A stretch of 64,000 nucleotides of DNA from assembly GCF_002113885.1 (NCBI RefSeq), contig NW_018405604.1:68830-132829 (forward strand), in the 5' to 3' direction. Below, piece by piece: positions 37,599 to 50,279 of this stretch. The translations under genes and the position numbers were made by a program. The notes beneath the pieces are model-generated. The model was not told where the DNA came from and did not search any database. It was given only the letters and a program-made list of their open reading frames with translations. Each line of letters opens with the position of its first letter. Within the stretch, counting starts at the first letter, position 1. Source of the DNA: Mizuhopecten yessoensis. Taxonomy: Eukaryota.

Positions 37599-37664
37599 GT
37601 TGATGTTTTCTTGTTTCACTACGCATGCGTACTTTGTACTTCCTCTTACACCACCACGTGAAAA
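37599..37664. promoter_or_regulatory. Ultra-compact bidirectional promoter region between KPTN and PNO1
   Basis: 66 bp between divergent ATGs. Contains NRF1-like tacgcatgcgta (37620), ETS-like acttcct (37638), E-box cacgtg (37655) and YY1-like aaaatggc over the PNO1 start. Confidence 0.7.
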
Positions 37665-40600
37665 ATGGCAGCATCAACAGAAAGTGTCTCTTCACTTCAA
37701 ACATCAAAATCCAGTGAAGATGACGAATTTAAACAGATCAAACGTAGGACAAGGAAACGAAAAGTTCAGGAAGAATCTTCTGAATCACAACCACAAACGA
37801 TGGAGACGTCAGAATCTCCACCAAAGCGGCCAAATTTTCCACCCATAAGTGGTGACAAATTGACAGTAAGTTGACTCAAACATGTCGGTGTACATATTTA
37901 ATCTATAGGGTACAATGAGTTGCTGGATAAGTTAACTTTACATGATTGATCTTATTTACTACAACGATGAAATATAAGAAAAGATATAAGTTAATAAATG
38001 ATCAAATCTGGAACATTTTGGTTGAAACAAAATAACTAGAGGGTTTGTCAAACTTGTACTACAAATACTGAAATAGGCCCATTTACAAAAAACTGATAAT
38101 TTGTAGAATCAAACGCATATATTAATCATAAAGAGGAGCTCGAGGTAGGACCAAATTGGGTCACTTTTTGTGAAAATACTTTTAAATCAACAAAGGTGTC
38201 AAAAGTAGTTCAAATATTTCAATGATGTAGCTTTAGATATAAATTCAGAACTCATAGCCATGCAACCTTTACATTTTCCACATGTACAGATGATTCATTT
38301 TTAAGTTCAAATAACACCTGAAGATGTATTTCAAAGTCAAAATGATTTTTTTTTTACATTTATTCTAAAATTTATGGTGCATGTGAGGTAGCTATATAGC
38401 AGAGTACAGTACTTAGCGTACGGTGGCCATGGTTGATATTTTGTACAATAATAACCCCTGTTATGTTACATACATGAACAGCTGTATCCAAATTAAAAAA
38501 AAAAACAATCAGCACTAAAGATGGCATATACATGATAAGTGGACTATGTGGGCTTCATGATATTATTTTTTTAAATTTGGTTTGAGACTACAGTTTGGCC
38601 ATTTACAAATCTGTGTCTACATGACAAAAGCTAGTTTATACATTATTATTAGAGTAGAATGGCACTGTAAATGAGCAGTTAGTATTACCACAGACTGAGA
38701 TAATCTAATTCCGTGGTATTACAGACTGATAACAAGCAGACTACCAGTGCCAAGTAAATGATATTCTATACACACAAACAAAGAAGACTATATATGCATA
38801 TTTCATCCAGAATGAGGGCCGACTTTTTGGGATTATTTAATTTTTGCAGATATTTGTTGGCTTGGTTAGCCAGTTAATGATCGTATGAAAATTACTAGAA
38901 AATAAGTCCTATAACTAATCTAACTTTAATTAAATATAGTCAGTATTCTTTAGTTTCCTTGTGTCTAAACCAGTTCATGACGCATGAACTTGACCATAGT
39001 AGGTTTTGATCCCTGACACTTTGTATTCAGATGCCTGCCCAATGCCAAAACTGGAATACATTATTTTCATTTCAATTAATTGTACACAATTTATTCTTCA
39101 GGGAGGAAAAACAGACACGAGGAAAATACCTGTTCCTAACAATCGTTACACACCTCTGAAAGAAAACTGGATGAAAATATTCACACCAATAGTGGAGCAC
39201 TTACATCTGCAGATCAGGTTTAATCTCAAAACCAGAAATGTAGAAATCAAGGTAATCAGATGAAGATTTTTCTTTTTTGATACTGCGTTATAAACAGTTA
39301 CATGTTGATGTTGATACAAACTTTCTGAGAAGCTGCATTTAAGCACATACCATAGTTTAATCCCCGAAGTATACATGTGTTTATACGTCGGTAATGGATG
39401 AAATTATATACAAATGTATTACATAATGTAGAAGTTCAATTCAATGATAATTTTTCATGATATTAATTCAAAGTAAAACTATATGTAATAGCAAATTAAC
39501 TTCAGCTTGGATTCATATCATTTATATGCATGGTTCTAATTACAAATCATGTTAGTTGTTTGTTTTGTTTAATATGATGTAATCTGTCTTGCAGTCATGT
39601 AAAGACACCAAGGAAATAAGTGCTCTACAGAAAGCTGCCGACTTTGTCCGGGCATTTTGTTTAGGTTATGAAGTAGATGTGAGTATCAGTTTGTTTTGGT
39701 GTTGATTATAAATTCGATGTACCAAGTGAAAACACATTTGGCCTAATGGCACACCACATCCATTTATACTCGTATATATATATATATATAATACATATTT
39801 ATAGTTGCATTAACTTGAAGGAAAAAAGATTTTTTGTTGGAGTTACTTCTCTATAAATATTTTTGATTAAGGTTATTTCTTAATACTGTGAATTACCGAA
39901 TTGTTATTGATGCATGCATCCTTGTGTACATTATAAATTTCATCAATTCTGGAGTGTCTTGTGATTGTGTCATCAGTTCTTGTGTACCTTTCAAACATGC
40001 ATGTAATTGATTAAATACCATACATAAAATATACTTTTCATGTTTCTTATTGTTAAACTGTTTTGGAATGGACGTTTATGTCACAGAAAGTTAGTATTTC
40101 CTAGGTCCTTAAAGTTTCAGCTGCAGATATGTTACCCTGATCTTTATAAACTATATATATATATAAACCAGCAAATCATTTCAAGTGCTGAACATCGTTT
40201 TCAAAATGTATATGAGTTCCAATTACTAAGAGTAAGATAAGCATCTCAATAGAGTCACAATGAAAAACTAAAATATCTGGGTCCCAAAAATCACTGCTAT
40301 ATCTAGAAACAGAATTTCAAGCTAGATGATTCTCTCACATTTAACTGGCACAGTTTTCAGCTTCATATGCCGTTTGATATTCCTTGTAGGGATATATTTT
40401 AGTACATGTATGATCACATTTTTAAAAGTAGACAGGTTACCTGTCCTGTAAGGTAAAATATCACCAGTTATGTGTTAAAAGTGATTAGGAAGCAAGATAC
40501 TTCTTATGAAGCTGATGAAGTTGTTATATATAATTATCTAATGTGGACTTTTAAGTGTACATGGTTATATTTAGAAGGGAAGATTTTAAACTTTATCTAG

Positions 40601-42981
40601 AAGTTTACTTCATGTTAGTGTAGACACCTTGCTAAACTCTGATGTAAGTTCAAATACCTAGTTAAATTCTGATGTAAGTGAAGACGTCTTGTTAGTTAAA
40701 TTCTGATGTAAGTGTAGACGTCTTGCTAGTTAAATTCTGATGTTAGTGTAGACACATTGCTTAACTTTGATGTAATAATATCTGTTCTAATACAGATTTT
40801 CTTTTCATTTTCCAGGATGCTCTTGCTCTAGTAAGATTAGATGATCTTTACTTAGAGTCGTTCCAAATACAGGATGGTGAGTAGGATAGGGTCCTGTGTG
40901 TGTGATTATCACACTCCTTTTAACTTACATGTACTCATTATACTTCAATGACTGTGGGAATAAAGATAGAGTCATATATCATATGATGATCAATGCTCTA
41001 TTTTTCTATTATTTCACCTTTCCTGCTTTGAATATTGAAGTATGTTTTTCCCTGATCAATGAAGCAAGATTCAGTATACTGTTAAGTATAATGTCTCTTT
41101 ATCACAAGTGAATATATAATGCATGTAACAGTACTAGTGTAGAGAGAGATTTTTAATCTGTTTAATTTAGGAATTTCTGCAGGAAAATGAAGTTTCAGTT
41201 CTATTGGGAATGAGGTTAGATTGAGGGGGGAAAACACTGGGATAAAGTGGGGATTGCTTCTGCAGCCGATAGGAGAATGATTAATTTCACTATAAACAGC
41301 CAGTATTTTATATGTTATGTTAATTTACACTAATTTTAATGATTAATACCATAGGGAGATTATTATACTTCTTGGCCTTTATAATTATTTTAAAACAAAT
41401 TCACATATGAACTTTCAATTTAACAAGTTTTGAGTTAAAATGATTAAAAACAAATAGGCAAAAATATGTAAGTAAAAAGTTAATTCCCTCTAGTAGGAAG
41501 GTAAACAGACTTTTAAAATTACATAATTATGATATAAATACTGAGTATACTAACTTTTTAGTCACCCTCATGACTTCATTTAATATATTTTGCCAAGTAA
41601 ACCTAAAATGTCATTCCTTCGGTATTATTTATCATTAAGAATAATTTTCCATATCTTTATCAGTGAAGCCACTCAAGGGAGACCACCTGGCTCGAGCCAT
41701 TGGCAGATTAGCCGGCAAGAATGGAAAGACGAAGTTTACCATAGAAAATGTCACCAAGACAAGAATTGTCTTGGCAAATAAGTAAGTTTCAGTCTCAAAG
41801 GTATGAATTTTATATAGCATTTAAGACTCTTTACAAACCAGTTATTAGTAATGATACATTTTGAATATATAGCAACAATGAAATAACGAGGTGATAGGTT
41901 TGTGTTAACTTTTTTTAAATGTTAATACGTATTGAAAATTTGCTGTTTACATTCATAATGTGTTTTATATTTTCAAATGGCATTAAGTGACCAGGGTATA
42001 CCTTCTGTATATATATTAAAACAGTATTCAAACTATTTTGTCAGATGTAGCAAAAATTTCAATTAAAATCATGTTATAAGTTTACATTAGTCTTGTTTTG
42101 GTTTCTGTTTTGAGAAATATTGTAAAATGTAAGGTGATGGACTTTGAGAACAAATTTGCCCACTTCTATTGATTCTGTATATATATTTTTTACTCACTAT
42201 TGAATTGTCTTTTTGTTAAAACAGAGCAACGTTTGTTGTTATGTAAAAGTAAAGTCAAACTTCAGATGAATTGTTTTCATTTCAGCCATATACACATATT
42301 AGGATCCTTCCAGAATATCAAAATTGCAAGAACAGCAATATGCAGCTTGATATTAGGTAAGTACACTATGAACAGTTACAGCAGTGTTTTCTCTAGTAGG
42401 GGGATCCCCATACGTTTTTACCTAACGTGCTTGCTACATTACTACCAATGTCTGAGGAGCCCTCTAGAAAACTCAGTTTTATATAAATTAATGTAATAAG
42501 TAGATATACCGTCGAGTGTAGTGCATTGTGTTCAGGAAATATTGTTAAGCTGGTCACCACCTCAATCTCTTTAAAAATTCATGTTATTCTATTTTGTCTT
42601 ATTTCTGACTTTATATTTTGACAAAAACTTGTCCTGAGAATGATATGTTTGTAACAATCAGCACATTGTCGAGATTAAAATAATTATCTTGTACCATATG
42701 TTGTACACTAGTGATAGTGATAACTTATTAACCCTTTCACCACTGTAGACCTAATGGACTCTTCCAAATTAATGCATGGTCGAGTTCACTCAAGTTACAT
42801 AGGGGTGAAAGGGTTAACAATGAAATATCCTCTAATAATTTCTATTAGATTAATTATTCATTATATTAGTGTATTCTGTTCCATTACTCATAATGTGCTG
42901 TTTATCTTTACAGGGAGTCCCCCATCAAAAGTGTATGGTACGATGCGCACTGTAGCATCAAGATCTGCCGAGAGATTTTAG
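37665..42981 (+). CDS. PNO1: RNA-binding protein PNO1 (partner of NOB1, KH domains)
   Basis: Seven in-phase exons: 37665-37865, 39102-39251 ([28 protein letters not shown]), 39595-39678 ([12 protein letters not shown]), 40816-40876 ([16 protein letters not shown]), 41664-41781 ([37 protein letters not shown]), 42286-42356, 42914-42981 ([22 protein letters not shown]). Confidence 0.97.
40612..40775. repeat. Degenerate ~30-38-bp tandem repeat (ttaaattctgatgtaagtgtagac), ~5 copies
   Basis: Direct inspection; lies just upstream of PNO1 exon 4. Confidence 0.7.
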
Positions 42982-44206
42982 TTATTAAATATTGTTATAA
43001 AGTAATTTTGATTCTCTCTTCTTCCTTTTTTCACAAGACATATCAATTTGTCTTTAAATCAAAAAGTAACGGATAAACAAGAAGTACCAGAAAGATACAT
43101 ACTTCTATATGGGCCTCAGGTTTTCGAAAAACACATTTGCTTGCAAATGAGATGTTTAAAGGCATACTGAGCAATACATTCTTCATTGGAGCTTGTCCCT
43201 TACCTATAGAGTTCTAATTAAAGCTTGTTGAAATCCAAAAGACATATTAGTGATTAAGTTACTGTAAACATGACTGATTGATGGGATTGCTAATCATTCT
43301 AGTGTAACTTCTAAGTATGAAAACTGACTAAACACCAATTTCTATACATAACCCCAAGGTCACCAGAGAGAAAGATGTACAGAATATAGCATATATCAGG
43401 TAATTCTCACAAACATGAAAAATTGGCTTTATTTGAAAGATTGCAAGAAGAGGAAATTGAAAAGTTATAAATACAGAACGTGAACTTTTGGTCACCAATT
43501 GAATAATTTCATACACAAGATTGTAATAGCATGTAGACAAAAACTGAAAAAAACTTCAAATGCAAACATTTGATTTTGAAAAATTTACATTGTGTGGAAA
43601 TAACCTGATATACTGTATAACTTTTTCAACCTTTCATTTCAAGGTCATACGAGACGGGATTTACTTCAGTGTTTTCTGCAAAGGGTTGATGAATGATTCA
43701 CAATATACCAAAAATATAAAACATCAATAATCATCAGTTCTGACATAATTTTACTTAACAATACAAAGACATTGAACACAAAATAACACACAGTCACAAT
43801 TACTACATCACCTTACTCCCATACACGTCCAAAAGATAATTTATAAACTTTAAGGAACAACTTCTATAAATTCTTCATATTTTGGTAGATATATTTTGAC
43901 AAACAAAATAGTTCTTTCGCTTGTTGATGCACTGTATAACGTGCATAATGGGTCTATTATAAACACCTGTATTTATTGTGTTGCATCAACATTTAATCAG
44001 ATTGGTTTTGTTTGGGATTAGGCCATTCCATACATGCATGCCATTATGTGATGTCAATGATGCGGTATCCTACCAACTACCTAGGTATAGCTGAATACAC
44101 CACTTCTCTAAGATTGTAACAGACCAAATGTGACAGGCATGTTGAAGCAGGTTTTTCATGTAATACTCTTCTTATATATATATCATTTGGTCTACATCTG
44201 TAAAAG

Positions 44207-44345
44207 CTTGGAATAAGAGTATTAAAACAATGTAATTTTGTTAATGCTCACGTCTTGGAATAAGAGTATTGGAACAATGTAATTATGTTAATGCTCACTC
44301 TTGGAATAAGAGTATTAGAACAATGTAATTATGTTAATGCTCAGT
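44207..44345. repeat. ~46-bp tandem repeat x3
   Basis: cttggaataagagtatt..aacaatgtaattatgttaatgctca repeated three times. Confidence 0.85.
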
Positions 44346-44762
44346 CTTATCATTACAGAATCTCATGATGATCAAACAATGGCTGACTGAACACATACAG
44401 AGCAAATGTACTTTATATTACAGTGTAGCATTTAAAAACAAAAATCAGTATTGGAGGATATCTAAACATCTATACCGGTATTTTACACAAACCCATTTAT
44501 ACAATCCATACACGTATGTGCACATCATTTTTATTTTATTAATAAAATAAATTAACCACCTTTCATTAAATTAAGTACATATAATTGAGCACAATCTAAT
44601 TATTCTGACAAAGAGTAGTGGACATGACTGAAAAAAGTTCTCGCATCGTTTCTAATACACTACATCTTACTACATCCCATATTCAAATCAAAGCCACATG
44701 CTTTTCTCTACTGACATGGGCATTTATCTATGAAATAATGTTTTACTTCTATAAATATATAA

Positions 44763-46876
44763 TCAGCTGTTTGAGCTTGAAGTTTCTGTCTCTTTTGTCT
44801 TTACTGTCTGGATTTCCATGGTTTTCAGATCGACACGCTGCGAAACATGTAAGTACTTCTGTAAACAATTAGATGCGCATGAAGTCTGAAAATATAAAAC
44901 AGATTGACATTAGCAAACAAACATGTTATATATCATTGATACAAAATACCTAAATCAAATACTTGCTAAATAGTATGAAACAATCTGACATGTAATTTTG
45001 TTTTGTATATATATATCCATCTCTGCTGTTTGTCGAGTGGATATTACAGTGTCCCAACAAGACAGTAAGGGGGATACAGGTACGGAACACCAATACAAGA
45101 CTGAAGTGTCTGCCCAACTTTTTCTATAGTTGTATCCAAACAGAAGTTAAGGGGAGATTACTGTATAGGAACAAGGGTACCACGAAAGCGGAACGAGCAG
45201 TTGTCTGTATGGTTGTACTTAAAGGGCCATAACTCCATAAATTACAGACCGATAATTGCAGGTATTGAACTTGTCTGAGCTATCATGGCAATGAACCTTC
45301 CTATGAAGTTTGAAGCTTTTAGCAATTGAATAAAGGGACGTAACTCCGTAAATTACTGTAATCGAACTTGTTCAAGCCCTCGTGGTTATGAACCTTCCTA
45401 TGAAGTTTGAAGTTAATCCATAGAAAATTACTCGAGATATATCGCGTGGGCACTGTTTTGGCAATTGAATAAAGGGCCATTACTCCGTAAATTATGGTCC
45501 AATAATTGCGGTTATCAAACTTGTCCAAGCTATTATGGCAATGAACCTTCCTATGAAGTTTGAAGTGAATCCGTTGAAAACCACTTTTCAGTATATTTTA
45601 ACACAACATTCTGACCTCGTCACATAATTTAAGAGATTAACAAAGTTGGTGTTAGCAAAGAATCCATCTTTGAGTATGAAAACAGTTTCATGAATACAGA
45701 CAACGAATGATGATACAAGACCCAAGATGTCAGGGATGATAAGGGAGACCAAGATATCCTGGACGATGGTACAGGACAACAAGTGTGGAATGATGACATA
45801 CATGTACAAATGTAGAACATCAAGTTGAAGACCTCTGATATCTAGAAGCTGTACAGGGATGATGAAAAATGAGCTAACAAATATTTTGATCTCTAACTAT
45901 AACTTCAGAACAAGAGTTCAATGTAGTTTTTGTTAGTTCAGATCAAATTTAATGTTCTTCATATTTCAAACTGTAGTAAATACCTGTTTACATTTAGTTT
46001 TACTGAAGAGTTATGCCTGTTCATTTAACTGACCATAATTACAGAATACAAAATTCTGACCAGTTGTCTGTTCATAAACATGTCTGAAAAGAATTTTAAT
46101 GCCAATTTGATAATGGTCACTTTCAGTACCTATGTGCATTTCAGTACTAGATAATTCAGAAATTAAAAGTTACGGATGTTAAAAACATGTTTTGCCAACT
46201 ACCTCTATCTGTGAGACTTTCCGTGTGGAGAAATCATGCACACAATCCAGGAAGCAATGCTCTGTCACTTTGTTATATGTTGAAAGAAATGCTTTCCACT
46301 GCAAAGTAAAAGTGAATTTGTTTTAATTAATTTCGTACTGTGATAGTCTTATTTACGAAAAACAGAATTATAGTTTTATAAAATTCACCAATCTTATCTA
46401 ATTATATTATTACAAATACAAATGTATGAACGTAAACCCCATTATGATTTTTTTTCCATGAACCATGGCATCAATTTTCATCAAAGTAAAATAATATGCT
46501 AATTATTGTATAAATACACTGATTGCATGTGTAATATCACATGTTGTGTATTTGAACAGTAAAACATTTATCCCTGAATTTACAAATCATTAACAGTATA
46601 AGGAAATCTTTATTTAAAATTATTCAACCTGATTAAAATCAGATCTTTTATTTCACTCTGATATTTTGACAGGTCAATGTAGACTATCAGAGTGGATTTA
46701 AAGATCTGGTTTTAATCAGGTTTAAAAATTAAAATTCTTATTGTGATGTTTTAAATACCTACTGAAACAAATTGATCATGCATTATATACTACAATGAAA
46801 ATACTTGTAAATATTAACAGATTAAGTGGATTCCTACATTTCCCTCCATCATCATATTTGGATCTATACCAGCCAT
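44763..46876 (-). CDS. TIMM9: Tim9-like small TIM chaperone, paralog A (85 aa)
   Basis: Exons 46876-46838, 46298-46203, 44885-44763 give [66 protein letters not shown]..., with twin CX3C motif. Confidence 0.9.
45090..45590 (+). mobile_element. Truncated HINE-like element with aaagggccataactcc core repeats
   Basis: acaag-type start and 2-3 degenerate cores (gaaccttcctatgaagtttgaag). Confidence 0.55.
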
Positions 46877-47319
46877 GGCACACACTTCAGATTTCACCTC
46901 TCACCTGCAAAATGGAAAACTAAATAAAACAATACCATCATTTATTAACACTCAACACTAAGGAAATATAAAATGTACAACAGTTGGTGTATATACAAAT
47001 TATAACAGTTTGAGGAATAATCAATGCAACATAACGTTCCCGTTGGACCTCAAAATCTTCAGATATACCTGTATGATCAAGTCAAACAATGTATGCTATT
47101 TGTTCACCAACGACTGACCTAATTCCTGATCCGTTACACTCTGATCATGATGTGTCTTTCAGTCTCTGAACATACACTTTTCATTAGGTTTATGCACAGT
47201 GGCACGGTTCAATTTATCAATTTATATCTAATAATAATATAAGGCGTACTTGTTTAACATACATTATGTATGGTAATATAAACATAAGGAGGCCTCAGAT
47301 ATAATTTGATAAATTGAAC

Positions 47320-47713
47320 CACAAGGGTTCGTTATTTGTCACAGAAATAGCTCCACCAAGCTAATAGTTGTATGTTTATGGTATGGGACGTTAAATAAAT
47401 ATTCTTTTGTTACAAATATCTGAAATACACATACATACTTGTATGCTATACTGATATGGGTCACAGCACACATAAACATAGTGTTTGTATATGCTGACTG
47501 TGACCCTAATATCTAAAGGAACTCTATCTAAATTAGAAATTTATAACAATAGTTATAAATCTCTTGATTCGAGTTCCTACAGGAATTAACTCATACCTGG
47601 GACCCATATGTGAACCGTCACAACACACATAAACATACACTATGTTTATGTGTGCTGTGACCCATATCAGTATAGCATATGTGTATTTCAGACATTAGTA
47701 ACGAACCCCTGTG
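47320..47713. mobile_element. TIR element (CAC..GTG ends, 7-bp duplication attgaac) inserted in the TIR of an older MITE beginning ~47201
   Basis: TIR cacaagggttcgtta / taacgaacccctgtg with long internal inverted repeats. attgaac occurs at 47313-47319 and 47714-47720. Confidence 0.65.
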
Positions 47714-47736
47714 ATTGAACGATGCTCCTGTGGTTT

Positions 47737-48516
47737 ATAAGCTCACCTGGCCTGAAGGGCCAAGTAAGCTTATGGCATGATGCGGCGTCCGTCTTCCGTC
47801 CGTCCGGCATCAACTTTTTACTTTAAACAACTTCTCAGTAACCAAAAGGCCTAGGGTGATGATATTTAGCCAGAAGCATGCTGGGATGAAGGGCTAACAA
47901 GTTTGTTCAAAGAAATGACCTTCATCAATTTTTAAGGTCACAGGGGTCAAATATGTTAAAAAATTTAAACAAATTCTTCTGAATAACCAAGAGACCAAGG
48001 ATAATGATATTTGGCCAGTTACATGCTGGAATGAAGGGCTACCAAGTTTGTTCAAATGAATGACCTTGAATCATATTCTAGGTCACTGGGGTCAAATATG
48101 TTGAAAACATTTAAACAACTTCTTTTGAATAACCAAGAGGTCTATGGTGATGGCATTTGGCCATTAACAGGTTGCGATGAAGGGTTACCAAGTTCTTTCA
48201 AATGAATAACCTTCACCCATATTCAAGGTCACAGTGGTCAATATATGTTTAAATCTTTAAATGGTTTGCTATATGTAACCAAAAAGTCCAGGGTAATGAT
48301 ATTTTGCTAGAAGCATGCTGGGTTGGAAGACTATAAATTCTGTTCAACCTAATGTCCTTGTTCGACATTCAAGGTCACGGGTGTCATATGTTTAAATGTT
48401 TTAATAGGTTCTTGTTAATCAAACACTGATATTCTGCCTGTAGTTGTATTTTAGTCCACTTTTATGATAACAAGTGTGAAATTATGAGGTATTCAGGCCC
48501 ATTGGGGCACTTGTTT
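47737..48516 (-). mobile_element. Helentron/HINE-like element with ~145-bp core repeats
   Basis: Stem-loop agctcacctggcc...ggccaagtaagct, (cgtc)n microsatellite, four cores with gctgggatgaagggcta, ends cttgttt. A second copy lies at 53546-53990. Confidence 0.72.
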
Positions 48517-48640
48517 CTGAAATTATATCTCATTGTCGTGATAAGATTTATCCTCTCTTGAGCGTTAAATAATTCATTTGATGGTTATGCTGTGAACAAA
48601 GACTATCCTTTTCTCTGTATTAACATGCCTCAACGAAAAG

Positions 48641-48927
48641 AAAACATACCCACGTGTGTAGAAAGTCATGTTGATCACAACTGGATATATTTATCAAAAC
48701 TTGGATGTTGTAAAAACAATACATGATTAGATGAACATGGCATTTAATTATAAATCCCATGGAGAAATATTCCAACTATTTACGATACATAAATGAAAGC
48801 TACATTGAAATTTAAATAATAATAATAATAATACATCTTGTTAAAATTGTTATATTTTACGACATATAAACTATGGTACATACACTTCCGGTGGCGGCGA
48901 TGACTTTCATACACGTGGGTATGTTGT
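48641..48927. promoter_or_regulatory. Shared divergent promoter / non-coding first exons of Tim9-like A and B (imperfect inverted duplication)
   Basis: atgacttt..tacac(ac)gtgg|gtatgtt occurs on minus at 48643-48669 and on plus at 48900-48926. ETS-like acttccggt at 48884. A third copy lies at 58879-58906. Confidence 0.7.
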
Positions 48928-49975
48928 TTACAATATTGTCAATAAGGAATCGAAGGCTGCAGATAACAAAAATAACTGTTATCAGACGGCCAATAGATTT
49001 TAAAACAGATTATCTGGCTGTAACGATGTATATTTGTTTGTCAATGTGACAATTATTTTTGCCAATGAGTGAATGACGTTCTCAGTTTCTGTCATTGAAG
49101 TGTCAACGATTTTGTTGTAATCCACACACATGTAAAGATATTTCACTGCACTCTTAAACAGTTATTTCAAACAATCCAATCAGAGACGTGTTATATACGT
49201 CTCTGATCCAATTAAAGTTCTGACCCCGGCCGATTAAAGATTACTTTCAAAAATTGTCTTGATAATATCTCTGATTTAGATAGAGTTCCTACAGGAATTA
49301 ATCAAAACCATAATGCATACATATGAATGAAGACCCCGCTCTCCCCATAACATATTTACGAAATTAAGCTGAAATGATACAGCATATATATCCAAATTCA
49401 CTAGGTGGTATTCTTTAAATTTATTGGCAATAAGTTATGTAAATGCCGGGATAATTTCCCTTTTCAGGGGAGAATGTCACAGTGGTCAAACTAGTTGTTT
49501 CGTTTGACATGTAAATATTTTAGTTTGATTTCTATTTCATAAGTACTTGCACTGTGTGTGTGCATGTCGGTATGTATGTATATATCTGTCATGGTGTGTG
49601 TAATTGACCTGTTTTATATCAGGTTGTTATTGTGACATGTGAGAGATGAGAGATACATGAAGATTGGCTTCGAAAGACACTTTGACCCTGCATGAACCTG
49701 TATGCTTTTCGGAGCCTCAGCTAAGCGCTCCACGTGTACATGTATCTCAACACAAGTCGGCACGGCATGTTAACCCTATAGGCCTGTAGGGATCAATATG
49801 AATATATGTAGCCCAGGTGTGCTTAACAGCCAGAGTAAATTAAGTCGCTGTCTACTTGTATACGATAAACATGCATCATTTGTGAAAATGTCTGGGAGTG
49901 TTTTATAACAGAAGACAGGAAAACCCATATATACATATATACATGTAGCGGAACTGGACTGGGTCGATCGTCGGC

Positions 49976-50060
49976 GACCAGGTAGCTCAATTGGTAGAAC
50001 GTCCATCTTAAGTTTTGAGGGTTCCGGGTTCGAACCACAGTCTGGCTGTGCATTTTTCCA
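49976..50060 (+). mobile_element. tRNA-derived SINE head / tRNA pseudogene
   Basis: A box tagctcaattggtag and B box gggttcgaacc at tRNA-like spacing. The stems are imperfect, so it is not called a functional tRNA. Confidence 0.6.
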
Positions 50061-50279
50061 TTTCCTGTTACATTTATAACCACTCGTGTGACGCAACACT
50101 AGTACCTGGAACCTCAATTTTGGCAGGATTTTTCCAAACACCTGTCTTTAAATAACTTGATCTGTTACAATGACCTTACCAACAAGTATTGGTATGCTCT
50201 TTTGCTGATGATGGCATGACTTTATTGTTTTGTTTTTGTTTCTGTTGCAGGGTAAAAGGTGAAGTTTGTAATTAGCACC

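Noticed and set aside
49976-50050. Functional tRNA gene
   Set aside because: A and B boxes are present but the acceptor and anticodon stems do not pair well; treated as a SINE head or pseudogene.
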